Part shown: positions 29,708 to 39,992 of the stretch, in pieces
How the letters are laid out: each line of letters starts with the position of its first letter
Position numbering within the stretch: the first letter of the stretch is position 1
NCBI GenBank assembly: GCA_002401855.1
Contig: NVUH01000015.1
Coordinates: 10,231 to 74,230, forward strand
Source: Hyphomicrobiales bacterium
Lineage (GTDB): Bacteria; Pseudomonadota; Alphaproteobacteria; Rhizobiales; OSC116
DNA length: 64,000 nucleotides
Direction of reading: 5' to 3'
The notes under the pieces: model-generated
The model's input: only the letters and a program-made list of their open reading frames with translations
The model's database searches: none
Told to the model about the DNA's origin: nothing
Program-made: the position numbers and the translations under genes

Positions 29708-30534
29708 AATGACTGCCTCTTATGTTTCGAGCTTACATCATACCTAGCCAACAATATGCTCGCAAATTTATCAAAAAGCACAACAATTAGCACCATCACA
29801 ATCAATAATGCAAATAATTTATCGGTTTGCAAATAGGTGCGGGCTGTATCAACTCGCTCACCTAAACCACTTGTTGCGGCAAATATTTCGGCCAAAATTG
29901 TTAACCGAGCGCTATTGGCAATCGCTAATCGTATGGCAGGAGATAACGCCCCCCAAAGGGACGGTAAGATAAAATGTTTGAGCCGATTGACTAAAGACAC
30001 GTTATAAAATTGAAGCATTTCATTCAAGTCATAATCAATCGTGTCAAAGCCATCGCATAAAGCCATGTAAAATATGGGTGCAATAAACACTGCCACCATA
30101 ACAATAACCATTGTTGAGCCCAACCCCAACCAAGTTATAAATAATACCACACCCACAGCTGCTGGCATGCTCGTCGTTAAAACTCTTAAGGGCGAGAACA
30201 TGTGCCGCACTATTGGAATGTTTCCAGCCAGCACCCCAAAAGAAACCCCAATAAACGCAGCGCTAAAAAAACCAAGAATGATATGAAAAAGGCTAGGCAT
30301 CAGGCTATCTAACCAAAAATTTAAGTCAAAAACATAATCTAACAACGCCCAAAACACTAAATTGGGCGAAGGAATAAGAGTGGGGTGATTGTATAATGAT
30401 AATATCCACCAAATGGAGAGTAAAACAACGCAGCCAGATAGCTTTGCTAAAAGGTTTTTATAAATAAACTGGTTGTCGTCCCGCGCCAATTCCGTGCTCC
30501 CCCAAAGTGTCTTATTCACCAAAAAATTCTTCAT
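29704..30534 (-). CDS. ABC permease (NitT/TauT type)
   Basis: LIPSP, EAA-like loop, LAE....SGLG. Confidence 0.85.
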   Translation of the reverse strand: MKNFLVNKTLWGSTELARDDNQFIYKNLLAKLSGCVVLLSIWWILSLYNHPTLIPSPNLVFWALLDYVFDLNFWLDSLMPSLFHIILGFFSAAFIGVSFGVLAGNIPIVRHMFSPLRVLTTSMPAAVGVVLFITWLGLGSTMVIVMVAVFIAPIFYMALCDGFDTIDYDLNEMLQFYNVSLVNRLKHFILPSLWGALSPAIRLAIANSARLTILAEIFAATSGLGERVDTARTYLQTDKLFALLIVMVLIVVLFDKFASILLARYDVSSKHKRQSF

Positions 30535-31471
30535 TTGGCAATTTCCCGCCTATAGACGCTGCCTCTATTGCCTCAATAACCTTAAAAAAGCCAACTAAAT
30601 CTTGCTTAGATTGGGACATTGTCGCCAATTTTCCTGATATGCCCGAAAAACTTTTGGTCAAAAGCATCTTATTGAGATTTGGAAACGCTTCAACCAATAA
30701 TGAAGCGGCTAGCTCGGGGTTGTTTTCCACACGGTTAAAAGCACTTATGTAATTTTGCTCAAAATCCGCTAAAATTTCTGCACTTAGGCCAGACATCGTC
30801 AATTGAGATGTGAATGCAACCAAGCCAACGGGGGGGCATTGCTTCAGGTCAGTAGAAACTTTCCATGCCGCGCATATGTTTAACTTCGCGCTCAACCCCT
30901 CGCCTTTCATTGCAGCAATGGTTGCCAAAGGCTCGGCTAAAAATGCGTCATCTACTTTTCCAGCCAAAAGCAATTGCATAGCTTCAATTGGGCTCTTCAC
31001 ATAAACCGTGTTTTCTGCAGTCAAACCAAGCTGTTTGGTTATTAGATCGGGCAAATCACCTTTAAACGGTACAGCCACTTTTGTTCCTTCTAATGCGGCC
31101 AGGTTTTCAATTTCTCCGCCACGCCCCAATAAAACCAAATTACCATCTAAATGATGGGCAAAAATTGTTTTTAAGTGAATGTCTTTATTGGCAAAAAGTG
31201 CTGCAGTTATGCTCGGGACAATGGCAATATCAATTTCTTGATTGATAATCAGCGCTCTTAATTGCACGGGGGATTTCCATGGTGTGAATTTTAGGTCGAT
31301 TCCCTTGTCTTTAAGTGGTTGCAATTTAACCAATTCCAACAATATGGTAGAATCCCAAATTGGCGGACCAGATAAGTTAAGTGTTTGGGCTGAGACTGAT
31401 GCGGTTAAGCTCAGCGCAGTGATTAATACCAATGATTTGCAAGCATGTTTTGCATTTTTTAAAAAACTCAT
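30512..31471 (-). CDS. ABC substrate-binding protein (NitT/TauT type)
   Basis: Signal peptide, WKSPVQLRA, VPFKGDLPDL, LAEPLAT. Confidence 0.82.
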   Translation of the reverse strand: MSFLKNAKHACKSLVLITALSLTASVSAQTLNLSGPPIWDSTILLELVKLQPLKDKGIDLKFTPWKSPVQLRALIINQEIDIAIVPSITAALFANKDIHLKTIFAHHLDGNLVLLGRGGEIENLAALEGTKVAVPFKGDLPDLITKQLGLTAENTVYVKSPIEAMQLLLAGKVDDAFLAEPLATIAAMKGEGLSAKLNICAAWKVSTDLKQCPPVGLVAFTSQLTMSGLSAEILADFEQNYISAFNRVENNPELAASLLVEAFPNLNKMLLTKSFSGISGKLATMSQSKQDLVGFFKVIEAIEAASIGGKLPNEEFFGE

Positions 31472-31491
31472 AATATTCTCCTAATTTCTAT

Positions 31492-32526
31492 TTATTTGTT
31501 GAGTGGGTTGGCCATTAAAATATCTAATTCAAACGGCCCAAATGCGGTTGGAATTGAACGACTAGAATGATGAATAAAGCCAGCTTTTAGAGCCGCTTGT
31601 TGAATATATCCCAGTTCAAAGCTGTAATTTCTATCTTTTAATGTCGGAATAAGTCGGCCGATAATATGTTGTTCGGGCGCCGTTTTCTGGTCAGTTAAGG
31701 CCTCGTGAAAACTAACAAAACAGCCGTTTTCATTTAACATATTTTTAAGTTTTTTTAAAAAACCTACCAAATCACCTTTTACAAAATATAATGACATTGA
31801 AGCCCAGATAAGATCAAAACTTTGATCGGGCAAACTCACATTATAATCCCCTGCCAACATGCTTATATTATCGATATCAGCAACATATGGCTGAATTTGC
31901 GCTGCAGCCTGAGACACATCAAATAAGCTAACATGCTTATCTGGGAACTCAGTGATAATGGCCTGTGCTAAAATGTCTGATCCCGCACCTAAATCCAATA
32001 TAGTTTTCGCTTCACTCCAATTGGGCGCGGTTTTCAAAGTCGAGAATTGCACTTCAACGGCACAAGCTTTATGAAATGCCCGCAAAGATTTGGTCGACTT
32101 ACCCCAATGTTCGGCATCAAATAAAGGCGGCTCAGCTTGCGGCGCCACACCACGCGCAAATTCGGATAACTTATCAAGTCCCGCATGACGTAATTTTGCC
32201 AATGATTTTAACGTCGGCAATAGGCAAAATTCGCTTTGTTGCGTTAGATAGGCAATGAAATTTAGCGCTGAATGATAGCATTCATTTTTGAGTTCCAACA
32301 AACCCATCGAAACCAATGCATTCAACAACCCAGCCAATTTTTCGGGCTTAAAATTAGTTTTCTCAGCAATGGTTTTACAACTCATCCCAGCTTTGCAATG
32401 TTCAAAAATCTGTTCGTCAATAGCCCACTCCAGCAGCGCATAGCGTATCGGGGCATGTAACCAATCAAATAATTGGGCTACCGCATCGACATTCTCAGTT
32501 TTGGATTTTGAAAAAGTGTGGTTCAT
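31492..32526 (-). CDS. SAM-dependent O-methyltransferase with N-terminal dimerisation domain
   Basis: LLNALVSMGLL winged helix, LDLGAGS, AGDY, FDLIWAS. Confidence 0.85.
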   Translation of the reverse strand: MNHTFSKSKTENVDAVAQLFDWLHAPIRYALLEWAIDEQIFEHCKAGMSCKTIAEKTNFKPEKLAGLLNALVSMGLLELKNECYHSALNFIAYLTQQSEFCLLPTLKSLAKLRHAGLDKLSEFARGVAPQAEPPLFDAEHWGKSTKSLRAFHKACAVEVQFSTLKTAPNWSEAKTILDLGAGSDILAQAIITEFPDKHVSLFDVSQAAAQIQPYVADIDNISMLAGDYNVSLPDQSFDLIWASMSLYFVKGDLVGFLKKLKNMLNENGCFVSFHEALTDQKTAPEQHIIGRLIPTLKDRNYSFELGYIQQAALKAGFIHHSSRSIPTAFGPFELDILMANPLNK

Positions 32527-32628
32527 TTGTTTTCTCTCTCGTTTTGCAAGAGATTAAACAAATAGCTTTATGATTGCTGTCAAATGAAGAAAGAAAAACA
32601 GCAATTGCCGAATAGAGATATTCTAATG

Positions 32629-33558
32629 TTACAGTAGAAATCTATATTGTTTGGGACTCAAATTATACATTTTGGCAAAAGCATTGGAAAAATGGCTAGA
32701 GCTGTTAAAACCATGTTCAAAAGCGATGCTGGTAATGGAATGATCGGTGGCCCTTAAAGCCTCTGCCGCACGTTGCATCCGAACATGGCGGTAATATTGA
32801 AAAATTGTCATCCCCGTTTGATGGCTGAACATCTTATTCAGCTTAACATGGTTGATACCAACCTCCTGCGCCAACTTATTCAAACTAGGCGGATTCATCA
32901 AATCATCAAGTAGTCTTACTTGAACCTGTTTAAAAATTTTATCCTCCCGATTAACATTGCCATTTTCTGAACCAATCAATTGATCCAAAACTTGGCCAAA
33001 TATTTCGAGCACCCGCCCCTCATTCTTCAACCTCTGGCCCATATTTTGACTGGGTTCTAACATGGCCGTTTGCAAAGCAAGGCTTGGAGAAAACTCTTTA
33101 TCAATTTTATTAAAATAATTGCCATTGGCGCGTAATTTTAAACCGGCAGAAAGTTCTTGCGCCAATTCAGCATAAAATTTCACCTTAAGATCCAGTTGCA
33201 ACGCCATGACAAACATTGATGAGCTTTTACCCGCAGCCTGATGTCTTACTAAATTTTGTCCTTGCGGCGTAAAAAGCCAAACATCGCCTTGTTCAACATA
33301 TATCTGGTCATGCTTGTTTTCAATACTAAAGCCAGTGCGGCCTTTAAGACCGACAACCAATAAAACAGTATTCTCAGCATGCTTAATTTTGTAGGTTTTA
33401 TCAAAAGAACTGACACAATGGCTTTTTGTTGCGGTCAATTGATGGCTTTGGCGATGTGATTGAAAATGGCTGTAATCATATATTTCAGGCAAATTAAACG
33501 CGTTGACTTCACCATTTTCTGTTGGTTGAAATTCTACAGGTCTAATTATATTTGGCAT
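32629..33558 (-). CDS. AraC-family regulator (PchR-like)
   Basis: PPSLNKLAQEVGIN..KL, IAFEHGFNSSSHFS. Confidence 0.9.
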   Translation of the reverse strand: MPNIIRPVEFQPTENGEVNAFNLPEIYDYSHFQSHRQSHQLTATKSHCVSSFDKTYKIKHAENTVLLVVGLKGRTGFSIENKHDQIYVEQGDVWLFTPQGQNLVRHQAAGKSSSMFVMALQLDLKVKFYAELAQELSAGLKLRANGNYFNKIDKEFSPSLALQTAMLEPSQNMGQRLKNEGRVLEIFGQVLDQLIGSENGNVNREDKIFKQVQVRLLDDLMNPPSLNKLAQEVGINHVKLNKMFSHQTGMTIFQYYRHVRMQRAAEALRATDHSITSIAFEHGFNSSSHFSNAFAKMYNLSPKQYRFLL

Positions 33559-33669
33559 GATTGTCTTTCAAAATAAGTGAATTAAATCTTTTCCTATATA
33601 TCATAATGTCTTTAGTTGACCACCAATAGAAATTCCCGAAATTAGGATTTAATTGAGTGAGCAAATTCA

Positions 33670-34488
33670 TTAATTCTTAAACCCGCCAATCATCGCTGAT
33701 TTTAATTCCTTCCAAAAACAATCTACATCCTCAAAGCCAGCTTCGCGCAACCATTTCAAGTCTAAATTCAAGTCACCTGCTTGCCATTTCTGTTGATGAT
33801 TGTCTTGTGCTACCTCGCTGCCTACGTCCTTTTTCTTGACAGAGGGCGTATCAATATCCATTTCAGCTTGTTCATAGGTCAAAGTCTCATCAGTCACAGA
33901 TTTCACATGCTCAATATGTCGGGCGATGTTTACCTGCCTATAATATTTTTGCAATTTTTCGGTAGAGGCTAAAGTTAAATCTATATTTATGAAACACCCC
34001 CCAATTTTGACAATATCATATATCTGTTTGAACAATTCGGCGCGTTGGTCGCGCAATCCATGCATGGCAAGCGAACTAATTACTGCATCAAATTTCTGCA
34101 CATTATCTGTGTTTAAACCACTTAGCTTCTCATGCCATTCTGGGTCTTTAAAATTTGCAAATACGCGCTGAATCCGATTTCCAAAGTTCACTTGGCGTTG
34201 TTTCAACAAATCAAGCATGGCCGCAGAGCCATCCAAACAAACCAGTTGAGCATTCGGATATCGCTCCAAAATCACCTCACTTAAGGCACCAAACCCTGCG
34301 CCCATATCGAGTATTCTAACAGGTGCATCAGCGTCAAATGGCAATAAATCTGCCAATAATTCAAATCTATATCGCCTTGCGCCTAACTCTCGGTCAGCAC
34401 GCTGTTGCCAACGTTTTACATATTCCGGCGATGCCCAGTTGTGCGGGCTTCGGTGAATGTGCGGGTTATTGGTGGGGTCTTTAGTCAT
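33670..34488 (-). CDS. Class I SAM-dependent methyltransferase
   Basis: LDMGAGFG, LDGSAAML, FDAVISSLAMH, WLREAGF. Confidence 0.88.
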   Translation of the reverse strand: MTKDPTNNPHIHRSPHNWASPEYVKRWQQRADRELGARRYRFELLADLLPFDADAPVRILDMGAGFGALSEVILERYPNAQLVCLDGSAAMLDLLKQRQVNFGNRIQRVFANFKDPEWHEKLSGLNTDNVQKFDAVISSLAMHGLRDQRAELFKQIYDIVKIGGCFINIDLTLASTEKLQKYYRQVNIARHIEHVKSVTDETLTYEQAEMDIDTPSVKKKDVGSEVAQDNHQQKWQAGDLNLDLKWLREAGFEDVDCFWKELKSAMIGGFKN

Positions 34489-34500
34489 ATCATGCCTCGT

Positions 34501-35310
34501 TCAACCGCTATAACCAGTCATATAACTGGGTTCAGCGTGTGTGTGTTTCGGTAAAATCATTAAAAATGGATGGTTAAGTTCAGGATAATCATGCCGTTTA
34601 AAACCAATCTGAAAAACCTCTTCTAACAGGCTTTCACTTAGCACTTCATCAGGCGTGCCGATGGCACGTAATTTGGCTTGGTGCATAATGGCAATTTTAT
34701 CCGCATAGGCAGCCGCAAGGTTTAAATCGTGCAACACCACAATAACGCTTGCACCGCCATTAGCCAGAGCCTTAGCCAAACGCAAAATACCGTGTTGGTG
34801 GCGCGGGTCAACATGTGAGATTGGTTCGTCTAAAAAAACCAATGGCGCCCGCTGGGCAAGAACTCGGGCTAAATTCACTCTGGCTTTCTCACCCCCAGAA
34901 AGTGTTAAATAATTTCTTTGGCTAAAACCCAGCATTTCAGTATCCGCCAAAGCAGATTTAACAATTTCTAGATCCGCAAGGCTTTCACCTTTTTTATCTA
35001 AATGTGGATTGCGACCAAATAGCACCACTTGTGATGCGTTAAACGGGAAATTCAGGTCTGAAGATTGCGGCATTACCGAGCGGGTTTGAGCTAACTGTTT
35101 GATAGAATAATCTGTTAACGCCTTACCAAATAATTTGACCCGCCCCTCGCTTGCTTCTAAATCACCACTTAATAATTTAATCAAGCAAGTCTTACCAGCG
35201 CCATTGGGGCCAATGATAGCCAACAATTCACCATGAGCAACCTTTAGGCTAACATTGTCGATTAATTTTTTATTATTTAAAATCAAACTTATATTTTGAG
35301 CTTCAAGCAT
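34501..35310 (-). CDS. hmuV: Heme/cobalamin-type ABC ATPase (HmuV-like)
   Basis: GPNGAGKT, LSGGEKARVNLARVLAQ, LDEP, LHDLNLAA. Confidence 0.8.
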   Translation of the reverse strand: MLEAQNISLILNNKKLIDNVSLKVAHGELLAIIGPNGAGKTCLIKLLSGDLEASEGRVKLFGKALTDYSIKQLAQTRSVMPQSSDLNFPFNASQVVLFGRNPHLDKKGESLADLEIVKSALADTEMLGFSQRNYLTLSGGEKARVNLARVLAQRAPLVFLDEPISHVDPRHQHGILRLAKALANGGASVIVVLHDLNLAAAYADKIAIMHQAKLRAIGTPDEVLSESLLEEVFQIGFKRHDYPELNHPFLMILPKHTHAEPSYMTGYSG

Positions 35311-36359
35311 TAAGCAACTCCACCATGATCACGCCGTGTGCGCTCAATTAAATATAAAAAGAATGGCGCCCCAACCAGTGCTGTAACCAACCCCAGAGGC
35401 AATTGCGCAGGCGACACAACCGTGCGGGCAAATAAATCTGCCAACACCAATAAAATCGCTCCGCCCATTGCCGATGCAGGTAACAACAATCTATGATCAG
35501 GCCCCAAAATAAGCCGGAACAAATGCGGTGCGACCAAACCAACAAATCCAATAACACCCGCCACAGAAACAGCCGCCCCCGTTGCGATCGAAGCCAAAGC
35601 CAAACATTGCAGCCGCGCTCTTTCCGTATCAACCCCCAGATGCCGCGCTTCAGCATCACCAAGCGCCAACAAATTAAGCGTTCGCGCATATCGCAACATA
35701 AAAATAAAACTCAAAATTATAAACGGCGCGATCACCCAGATAAACTTCCAAATAGAAGCGCTTAACGAACCCATCATCCAAAATACAATAGACCGAAGCT
35801 CCGCATCATCCGAAACAAATGATAAAAAGCTCACCACCGCCCCCATCAGCGCATTCACCGCGATACCAACCAATAATAATGTGGTAACTTCAGCTTGGCC
35901 GCCTCGCCGCGCAAAGCGATATACAAGCATTGCAGTGCCCAAACCACCAACAAATGCCATAGCAGGAAGCGTCCAGATACCCAGTGCAGTAAAGCCCAAT
36001 ACAATGGCAATGGTTGCCCCCGCCGCTGCCCCACCAGAAACACCAATAAGCCCAGGACTGGCTAACGGGTTACGAAAAACTCCTTGAATGACTGTGCCAG
36101 AAACACCTAGTGCGCCACCAATTAAAACGCCCATCACCACACGTGGTAAACGAATGGCTATCAAAACAGCATGTTCTCTCGAAGTGAATTCAATGGGTAA
36201 AGCTATACCCAGCTTACTCAACAATATAGCTATGGTTTTATCAAGTGGAATAAAAAATGCACCAATTCCCACACTGATTAAGCATATCAAAACCAACATA
36301 ACGGCAATAACGCTTAATGCAATATTGCCACTAATGTTCTTAGATTTATTTGGGTTCAT
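35310..36359 (-). CDS. hmuU: Heme/cobalamin-type ABC permease (HmuU/BtuC-like)
   Basis: IRLPR, FRNPLASPGLIGVS, FVGLVAPH, GPDHR; start placed at ATG 36359. Confidence 0.8.
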   Translation of the reverse strand: MNPNKSKNISGNIALSVIAVMLVLICLISVGIGAFFIPLDKTIAILLSKLGIALPIEFTSREHAVLIAIRLPRVVMGVLIGGALGVSGTVIQGVFRNPLASPGLIGVSGGAAAGATIAIVLGFTALGIWTLPAMAFVGGLGTAMLVYRFARRGGQAEVTTLLLVGIAVNALMGAVVSFLSFVSDDAELRSIVFWMMGSLSASIWKFIWVIAPFIILSFIFMLRYARTLNLLALGDAEARHLGVDTERARLQCLALASIATGAAVSVAGVIGFVGLVAPHLFRLILGPDHRLLLPASAMGGAILLVLADLFARTVVSPAQLPLGLVTALVGAPFFLYLIERTRRDHGGVA

Positions 36360-36411
36360 TCTATCGCCCAAAAACGGCGATAGAATGAAGCTTTTTGAGC
36401 GTATGATAAAA

Positions 36412-37440
36412 TCACTTATCATCTGCATAAAGTTTTTCAGCAAATGCTTTGGCGGCTGAAGGCAATCTCCAACTTGCACGATGAGTTTCTAAAGATGCCC
36501 ATGTTAGAAATTTCTTATTTTCACCTGCAGGAGTTTCACTAACACCAGGAATTGCAAGTATATATTGAACAGGGTCTTCATTACGATCCCAGAGTTTTTG
36601 CGGAATGACAATATAATCAGGCTTCATTGGAATGATCGCTTCAGGATCGATTTCTTTTTCACCGCTAATTTTTGCTTCTGCCCCCACATTAATGGCACCA
36701 GCCAACCGAATGACCAAATCTTCGGTTTTCATTAAACCAGTGGTACGCGTACTGCCCTCGCTATAGGGCAACATACTCATCACGCGGTAATGTTTACCAC
36801 TATCGGCAGCCAGTTTTGCAGCTGCGGCTGCATCTAAACGCATGCCTTCAATTAGCTCATGGCCTTTTTCAGGCACTTCAAGCGCTGCGGCAATTAATTC
36901 AACAAATTCTTCTAATACCCGCATGGTATATTTACCCTGCTCTTTAGCACGAGCCAATTCTGGTACAATAAGCACATCTACATCAGCGGCTTTAAGTTGT
37001 TCAAAAATACCCAAATTGCCTTCTTTTTTGGCTGCCCAATCAGGCATAATAACCAAATCTGGATTCAAGCTCAACACACCCTCAACATTGAGTGAGCTAT
37101 AAGAACCAACATCAGGTAATTTTTCAATTACTCCTTCAGGCCAGATTGCATTTTTTGTACGACCAACAACAAGATCACCCAAACCAAGGCCAAAAATAGC
37201 GTCAGAAACAGAAGGCACCAATGCAACAATACGCTTGGCGCTATTAATTGTAGTTTCATTGCCAAAACTATCCGTAACATTAAGCGGGTAGCCGCCTGCT
37301 GCTTGAACACTTGAAATGATAAAAACACTTGTAGCCAAACCAAGTGCCGCACTGCGCATCAAATTACAACTAAGCTTTTTCACATTAAAAAGAGCGTTCA
37401 ATAATATACTTTTCTTTAATTCCATCTGTTTTTGTTCCAT
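36412..37440 (-). CDS. HmuT/BtuF-like substrate-binding protein
   Basis: Signal peptide, RIVAL, LNVEGVLSLNPDLVI, P.VSETPA. Confidence 0.82.
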   Translation of the reverse strand: MEQKQMELKKSILLNALFNVKKLSCNLMRSAALGLATSVFIISSVQAAGGYPLNVTDSFGNETTINSAKRIVALVPSVSDAIFGLGLGDLVVGRTKNAIWPEGVIEKLPDVGSYSSLNVEGVLSLNPDLVIMPDWAAKKEGNLGIFEQLKAADVDVLIVPELARAKEQGKYTMRVLEEFVELIAAALEVPEKGHELIEGMRLDAAAAAKLAADSGKHYRVMSMLPYSEGSTRTTGLMKTEDLVIRLAGAINVGAEAKISGEKEIDPEAIIPMKPDYIVIPQKLWDRNEDPVQYILAIPGVSETPAGENKKFLTWASLETHRASWRLPSAAKAFAEKLYADDK

Positions 37441-37596
37441 TTTATTTCGTTCCTAGTAAATTCAAATCAATAAAGTGGTGGTGTTTTCAAAAAACTTGCC
37501 AAACGAAACATCATGTTGGATGACATTATAATATTTGTTAAATTGGTTGAATTTGCCCCACACAATTAAATGCTAAAACTGCTCAAAGCGGAGTTC

Positions 37597-37650
37597 ATGC
37601 AATTAATAATCACTATTAATATTTATTGATAAAAATTATGTATGTCAAGT
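37597..37650 (-). promoter_or_regulatory. Putative promoter (TTGACA) and operator-like site of the hmu-like operon
   Basis: acttgacata on the minus strand plus a 22-mer matching 20518-20539 at 19 of 22 positions. Confidence 0.5.
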
Positions 37651-37753
37651 AAGTATATGAATTTTATAGTTATTTTAATTATAATAATTAAAATAACTGA
37701 TTCAAGCAGGCAGTAGATGTCAATTAATTTGCCATGTTTATCAAGTCGAAGTG

Positions 37754-38536
37754 TCATAAAGATAGCTGCCCTATGAAAACAAACCTTAGCCACCACATAT
37801 CTGATGCCAATAGAACTTGTTTCGATAAGCCCATCAACTTTGTATATTTTTTCACCGTCATTGATGCTACCGAGCCAAGAACAAACAAAAATGCAAAGTC
37901 ACCCAGAGCAGGGTTTTCAATGGCCTGCAGTGAAGCCAATGGATCAACCGCAGAAATTTCAACTTTATCATCACCATAATCTTGAATAATAACGTTACAT
38001 GGCAGTATGGTTCCAATATGCGGTTCAGCGCAAAGAGCTTTATAAGCATAGTCTGGTTTACATGCACCCAAGATGGTATAAGGTCTAAAATCAACATCCA
38101 ATTTATTCCTAAACGTCACCTTAATGTCTATTGTGGTGAGAACACCAAATCCATTTTCTGCAAGAACATGCTTTACACGCTCAATAGTTTGATCAAATAC
38201 TTTTTCGGCGCCAAGGCTTTTGGTAAAATCAACAATACGAATCCCTTCTAAACTAGGGGGGCGTTGGAACGCCATACCAACGCCTAATCTCGCCCTTTCA
38301 TCAATTGCCATTTGCTCAATTGGTTGACCATTAATGCTTATCTCACCTTTAATAATCTTGAAGGGAGGAGTGCCCATAATTGATGACTATAGGCTAGATT
38401 TTCCAGAACCGTTTGGGCCAAACAAAATATGTAATTCACCATCATTAATGGTTAAGTCGATATTATGAAGCACTGGAGTTTCAGCCACACATATATCAAC
38501 ATTCTTAAATTTAAATGAATTTTCACCTTTCAACAT
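37754..38536 (-). pseudogene. Chimeric remnant: SufC-like ATPase N-terminus joined to a DUF302 domain
   Basis: GPNGSGKSSL*SSIMG (in-frame TAG 38389-38387), ERARLGVGMAFQRP, then GFGVLTTIDI...ILGAC.P...LPCNV. Confidence 0.7.
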
Positions 38537-38846
38537 GTGCATAAATTTTAGCTGCGGCAATAAGTCCTAAACCAATAAATATTCAATATTTTTCTAAAAT
38601 CTTATCTGAAATATTTTCTAAACATCACAACCACTTAATGAATATTTTAAAATTAGTCTAAAAATGGAAATTTCTAAAATTATATAACTTATTGTAATTA
38701 TTCTAATTTATAGCATTTGCAATAATATTCTTGAAGAATACTCTACATTTGAAACAGGCAGAATTATAGCCCGCTTTCGTAGAAGTAAAAAATTGCTAAC
38801 TAGCTCAATATCGAGCCAAATGGCATCGGATAAAAAGGATATTTAT

Positions 38847-39929
38847 ATGTCTAGAATAAGGTTTGGCAAATCGTTAAAAACCATATTATTGACCAGTTGC
38901 ATGCTTGCAATTCCCATGATCAATACAAGTTATGCCGAAACAATCACCTATACCGACCAAGCAGATCGTGTGGTAACGCTTGAAAAAATTCCTGAACGCA
39001 TTGCAACCATTGCAACGCCAGCAGGTTCTATGGTGGTGGCAATCTCAGGTAATGCTGATCGATTGGTCGGTACATCGCAAAATTCTAAAAATGCACTTGT
39101 AGAAGGCGTATTAAATGAATTTTTCCCTAAATTAAATGATATTTCTTCTAATATTATTGGTAAAAATGGTGATGCCAACATTGAAGAATTACTTAATTTA
39201 GAAACTGACCTAGTTTTACAGTGGGCACGCAATACCAAAAGCATCGAAGCTATGGAAGCCGCAGGCCTAAATGTTGCCGGCATGCTATATAAAAAAATAG
39301 AAATTGCTAAAACTTGGCTCACCGACATTGGTATAATTTTAAGAAACAGCCCCAAAGCTGAAGAAATATTGGCTTGGCATGATGCAGCATATAAACGCAT
39401 CACTGATAAAACCAAAAATATTGCCGATGCGGATAAACCTAGCGTACTCTACCTGCTTAGTGAAAAACGTGCCGCTGGCCCAGCAAGCCATTTTCAATTT
39501 TTCATGGACACAGCGGGTGCTAAAAACGCCATGCCGACAAAAGCAAAATTCATAGATGTCGATGCTGAAATGGTGCTTAAGGCCGACCCAGACATCATCT
39601 GGTTATTTGGCTTTAATATGAAAATGACACCAGATAAAATTTATGCCAATCCAATTTTTGCTGACTTAAAAGCCGTGCAAAACCACCGCGTTTACAAAGT
39701 TCCTGTTGGTGGTGATAGATGGGATCCACCAAACCAAGAATTTGCATTAGGTTGGGAATGGTTCACACGAACAGTTCACCCAGATCTACTTGATGGATCA
39801 ATTCGGCAGAGCATTAAAACCGCATTTCCAATGCTGTATGGCAAAACACCAACGGATGCACAAATTGATTCAATGCTAAGAGCCGAGATGAATAGAGATG
39901 GCTTAGATTACGCAAAAATAATCCGCTAA
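38847..39929 (+). CDS. Type II ABC importer substrate-binding protein (metal-chelate / MolA-like)
   Basis: Signal peptide, TDQADRVV, NIEELL...DLV, AVQNHRVY..P.G...WD.P. Confidence 0.85.
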   Translation: MSRIRFGKSLKTILLTSCMLAIPMINTSYAETITYTDQADRVVTLEKIPERIATIATPAGSMVVAISGNADRLVGTSQNSKNALVEGVLNEFFPKLNDISSNIIGKNGDANIEELLNLETDLVLQWARNTKSIEAMEAAGLNVAGMLYKKIEIAKTWLTDIGIILRNSPKAEEILAWHDAAYKRITDKTKNIADADKPSVLYLLSEKRAAGPASHFQFFMDTAGAKNAMPTKAKFIDVDAEMVLKADPDIIWLFGFNMKMTPDKIYANPIFADLKAVQNHRVYKVPVGGDRWDPPNQEFALGWEWFTRTVHPDLLDGSIRQSIKTAFPMLYGKTPTDAQIDSMLRAEMNRDGLDYAKIIR

Positions 39930-39941
39930 TTAACACTAATC

Positions 39942-39972
39942 TCGAGAGGTTTTTAAGTTTAAAACCTCTCGA
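39942..39972 (+). other. Stem-loop after the SBP gene
   Basis: tcgagaggtttt / aaaacctctcga. Confidence 0.55.
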
Positions 39973-39992
39973 AAAAAATAGAGATTAAATTT

